Assembly (NCBI GenBank): GCA_040954595.2
Contig: CM082592.2
Span: 434,001 to 498,000, forward strand
DNA: 64,000 nucleotides
Direction of reading: 5' to 3'
From: Balanoglossus misakiensis
Lineage: Eukaryota > Animalia > Hemichordata
Part shown: positions 59,784 to 64,000 of the stretch, piece by piece
Numbering within the stretch: the first letter of the stretch is position 1
Layout of the letters: each line of letters opens with the position of its first letter
The notes under the pieces: model-generated
Databases searched by the model: none
What the model was told of the DNA's origin: nothing
The model's input: the letters and a program-made list of their open reading frames with translations, nothing else
Program-made: the position numbers and the translations under genes

Positions 59784-62700
59784 TAAGAAAAGAATTTATT
59801 CTTATTTATTTTGTAAAAAAGACAATTTTTCGAAAAAAAGTCGAAAATGGTAATTTTGTCTTGGGTGATTCAAATTATACCGCCTTTTCTGGAATTTGCA
59901 GCACTTTTTACAAGAGAACGACACTTCATGCTCCATAATATTTCCGAAAATGAAGAAAAGAGTTAATTTTTTATGATTTTTTAAAAATTTACCATTTTTG
60001 TCAAAATATGGCCAAAATGGCTATTTTTCCTTGAATTCCGTCAATATCTCTGCATTTTCGGAGTGGTCGAAAGTTTTAACATACAATCAACATGTCATTT
60101 TTGATCAGGGCACCAAATTCGAAGAACAAAGGTTTTTTTATTTGTTTTTCTAAAAATGACATTTTCAAGGAAAATTTGGTAAAACGCAATTTTGTCTGCA
60201 GTGAGCCAAATTAGACGGTCTTTTGTGAAATTTGTATCGATATATACATACGAAGAGCATTCTATACTCCATCAGATTTCCGAAAATGTAGAAAACAGGT
60301 ATTTTTTATAATTTTCAAAAATTTACCATTTTGACCAAATTGTGGCTAAAATTGTTATTTTCGTGTTGAATGCCGCCAGTGTCACTGCTTTTAAAAGTCA
60401 TAAAAACTTTTAACATACAAGCAATTGTTTATATATGATCAGGTCACCGAATTAAAAAAATAAAGAATGTTTTGCCTAAAAATGACCTTTTTGGTGCAAA
60501 AACGAATAAAACGCAATTTTGTATTAAATCAGCTCATTCAGAGTGCATTTTTTATAATCAGCACCATTTTTACATATAATGGAAATTTCCTACATCATCA
60601 GATATCCAAATATGAAAAAATGATTTAGATTTTAGATGATTGTCCAAAATTAGCTGATATCTAATAAATGTAGTATTGAACCGTTCCGTCCCCCCCCCCC
60701 CCTTACATTATATGCGGTACGCCGATGTCAGCTTACCCGGCAGTACTGCAGGCCGTGCCCCCAACTAACATCGGTGTTGGAAACGCCCTGGTTAAATTCG
60801 GGCTTCCTCTATAAATTGACAGGCAATAATGCAGTCCTACCCGAACAAATGTCGAGTGTTGACCCGCTGTGACTTTCCCTCTTCGGTTTGCCCGACTTAG
60901 CCAACGTCTTTGTACTAGAGTGTCGGGTCTTTTGCAGAGCCAGGCCGAAGGAAATCCGACTTGATCACCGTTGCTAACGAACGTTAGTGTCTGTCATGGT
61001 GTGCCGGGGTTTTAGTCGAGCCAGGCCGTAGGAGATCCGACTTGATCATCGTGGTCAATGTACGCGTGTTTCCGCTCTAAAGTGCCGGGGCTTCAGCTAA
61101 ACCAGGCCGTAGGAAATCCGACGTAATCACCGTTGATAACTTACGCCAGTCTGTGTCATATAGAGCTGGTGCACCAGCCGAGTCACGCCGTAGGAAATCT
61201 GACTTGATCAACGTGGTCAATGTACGCCTGTTTCTGCTCTAGAGCGCCGGGGCTTCAGCTGAGCCAGGCCGTAGGAAACCCGACGTGATTACCGTTGTTA
61301 ACTTACGCCAGTCTGTGTCCTATATATAGTGCCGGGGCATCAGCCTATCAGGCCGAAGGAAATGTGAGTAGATCAACGTGGTTTTTGTACGCGTGTTTCT
61401 GCTCTAGAGTGCCAGGGCTTTAGCCAAGCCATGCCGTAGGAAATCTGACTTGATCAACGTTGCTAACGAACGCTAGTGTCTGTCATAGTGTGCCGGGGTT
61501 TTAGTCGAGCCAAGCCGTAGGAGATCAGACTTGATCAACGTGGTCTCTGTACGCGTGTTTCTGCTCTAGAGTGCCGGGGCTTCAGCTGAGCCAGGCCGTA
61601 GGAAACCCGACGTGATTACCGTTGTTAACTTACGCCAGTCTGTGTCCTATATATAGTGCCGGGGCATCAGCCGTGCCAGGCCGAAGGAAATGTGAGTAGA
61701 TCAACGTGGTCTCTGTACGCGTGTTTCTGCTCTAGAGTGCCAGGGCTTTAGCCAAGCCATGCCGTAGGAAATCTCACTTGATCACCGTTGCTAACGTACG
61801 CTAGTGTCTGTCATATTATGACGGAGATTTAGCCGAGCCAGGCCGTAGAAAAATCGACTTGTTCAACGTTTCCAGTGTGCAACTGTTTCTGCTCTAGAGT
61901 GTCAGGGTTTTAGCCGACTTATGCTGTAGGAAATCTGAGTTGATGAACGGGAAGTCAATGTTAGGAAACCCGTGTGGAAAGTATCTCTACCCGTTTGAAA
62001 CTAAGAAAAGAATTTATTCTTATTTATTTTGTAAAAAAGACAATTTTTCGAAAAAAAGTCGAAAATGGTAATTTTGTCTTGGGTGATTCAAATTATACCG
62101 CCTTTTCTGGAATTTGCAGCACTTTTTACAAGAGAACGACACTTCATGCTCCATAATATTTCCGAAAATGAAGAAAAGAGTTAATTTTTTATGATTTTTT
62201 AAAAATTTACCATTTTTGTCAAAATATGGCCAAAATGGCTATTTTTTCTTGAATTCCGTCAATATCTCTGCATTTTTGGAGTGGTCGAAAGTTTTAACAT
62301 ACAATCAACATGTCATTTTTGATCAGGGCACCAAATTCGAAGAACAAAGGTTTTTTTATTTGTTTTTCTAAAAATGACATTTTCAAAGAAAATTTGGTAA
62401 AACGCAATTTTGTCTGCAGTGAGCCAAATTAGACGGTCTTTTGTGGAATTTGTATCGATATATACATACGAAGAGCATTCTATACTCCATCAGATTTACG
62501 AAAATGTAGAAAACAGGTATTTTTTATAATTTTCAAAAATTTACCATTTTGACCAAATTGTGGCTAAAATTGTTATTTTCGTGTTGAATGCCGCCAGTGT
62601 CACTGCTTTTAAAAGTCATAAAAACTTTTAACATACAAGCAATTGTTTATATATGATCAGGTCACCGAATTAAAAAAATAAAGAATGTTTTGCCTAAAAA

Positions 62701-63218
62701 TGACCTTTTTGGTGCAAAAACGAATAAAACGCAATTTTGTATTAAATCAGCTCATTCAGAGTGCATTTTTTATAATCAGCACCATTTTTACATATAATGG
62801 AAATTTCCTACATCATCAGATATCCAAATATGAAAAAATGATTTAGATTTTAGATGATTGTCCAAAATTAGCTGATATCTAATAAATGTAGTATTGAACC
62901 GTTCCGTCCCCCCCCCCCCCCTTACATTATATGCGGTACGCCGATGTCAGCTTACCCGGCAGTACTGCAGGCCGTGCCCCCAACTAACATCGGTGTTGGA
63001 AACGCCCTGGTTAAATTCGGGCTTCCTCTATAAATTGACAGGCAATAATGCAGTCCTACCCGAACAAATGTCGAGTGTTGACCCGCTGTGACTTTCCCTC
63101 TTCGGTTTGCCCGACTTAGCCAACGTCTTTGTACTAGAGTGTCGGGTCTTTTGCAGAGCCAGGCCGAAGGAAATCCGACTTGATCACCGTTGCTAACGAA
63201 CGCTAGTGTCTGTTATGG
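59784..63218. repeat. Macrosatellite array, terminal ~1.6 units right of the retrotransposon
   Basis: Resumes in exact register after the TSD; poly-C tracts at ~60690 and ~62908; similarity stops inside the first 81 bp monomer at ...gtgtctgttatgg|aaagcc. Confidence 0.96.
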
Positions 63219-63416
63219 AAAGCCGTTGGGGACCCCCGACAACTTCTCTCAATACATGTGTAAAGTCCATAGACAAATGATAGGAACGCATATGCTGAAA
63301 ATATGACGCACATTGGGTGCCGACGCCGTAATCTAAAATGCCGGTAACAACCATATTTTTGCCGACACCTTTACTCAATCTACCGGCGCCGACAAAATCA
63401 CAACCGGTGATTTGAT

Positions 63417-63787
63417 GAGTTCTCGCATCGGCGTTTCTACAGAGTTGTCGCATCGGCGTTTCTACAGAGTTGTCGCATCGGCGTTTCTGGAGAGTTGTCG
63501 CATCGGCGTTTCAGCTAGAGAGTTGTCGCATCGGCGTTTCTGGAGAGTTTTGTCGCATCCGCGTTTCTGGAGAGTTTTGTCGTACCGGCATTTCTACACA
63601 TGCGCATCGGCGTTTCAGCTAGAGTTTTCTCGCATCGGCGTTTCTGGAGAGTTTTGTCGCACCGGCATTCTACACATGCGCATTGGCGTTTCAGCTAAAG
63701 AGTTTTCCCGCATCGGCGTTTCTGGAGAGTTTTGTCGCACCGGCATTTTACACATGCGCATTGGCGTTTCAGCTAAAGAGTTGTCGG
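63417..63787. repeat. Minisatellite, ~25 bp monomer tcgcatcggcgtttc...gagttg grading into a ~78 bp trimer
   Basis: Monomers at 63423, 63448, 63473 and 63498; then about three blocks of tcgcatcggcgtttctggagagttttg-tcgcaccggcattctacaca-tgcgcattggcgtttcagctaaagag. Confidence 0.9.
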
Positions 63788-64000
63788 CGATTTTGGACAG
63801 CGGCTTTTTCTTCTCGGTCTCCTCTTTAGTTAAGGTTTTGTAGTCAAAGAGTAAATCACAAGGCAAAATCTCGAGATGCTGAACTGCTGCTAGGTCTCCC
63901 ATGCATTTGTTAGAACACTGAGCTAAAAGTCTTTCAACGTTATAGGCTTAGATATTTTAAATAAATTATTGTTATTAGCAAATTATAATTTTTACGTTTG

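Noticed and set aside
63193-63902. ORFs of 86-143 aa at the right end
   Set aside because: Open because of minisatellite periodicity on both strands; no homology evident.

Overview
Eukaryotic (probably animal) repetitive DNA with no host protein-coding gene. Positions 1-63218 are a head-to-tail macrosatellite with a ~2.05 kb modal unit (27 poly-C-marked units visible, about 1.4-2.55 kb each). Each unit is composite: a ~950 bp AT-rich block of ~5.5 diverged ~168 bp monomers (336 bp dimer), a variable poly-C tract, a ~240 bp non-repetitive core, and a GC/CpG-rich block of about ten 81 bp monomers alternating A/B (162 bp dimer). A young, full-length Ty3/gypsy LTR retrotransposon (50499-59783, minus strand) is inserted into the third-last unit. 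It has 1384/1385 bp LTRs differing by about 4 substitutions and 1 indel, a TAAG target-site duplication, PBS, PPT, a PNMA-like gag with three CCHC knuckles and a -1-frame pol (PR-RT-RH-IN). The array ends abruptly at ~63218 and is followed by an unrelated ~25 bp minisatellite. The many short recurring ORFs in the track are satellite artefacts. All comparisons were made by eye.
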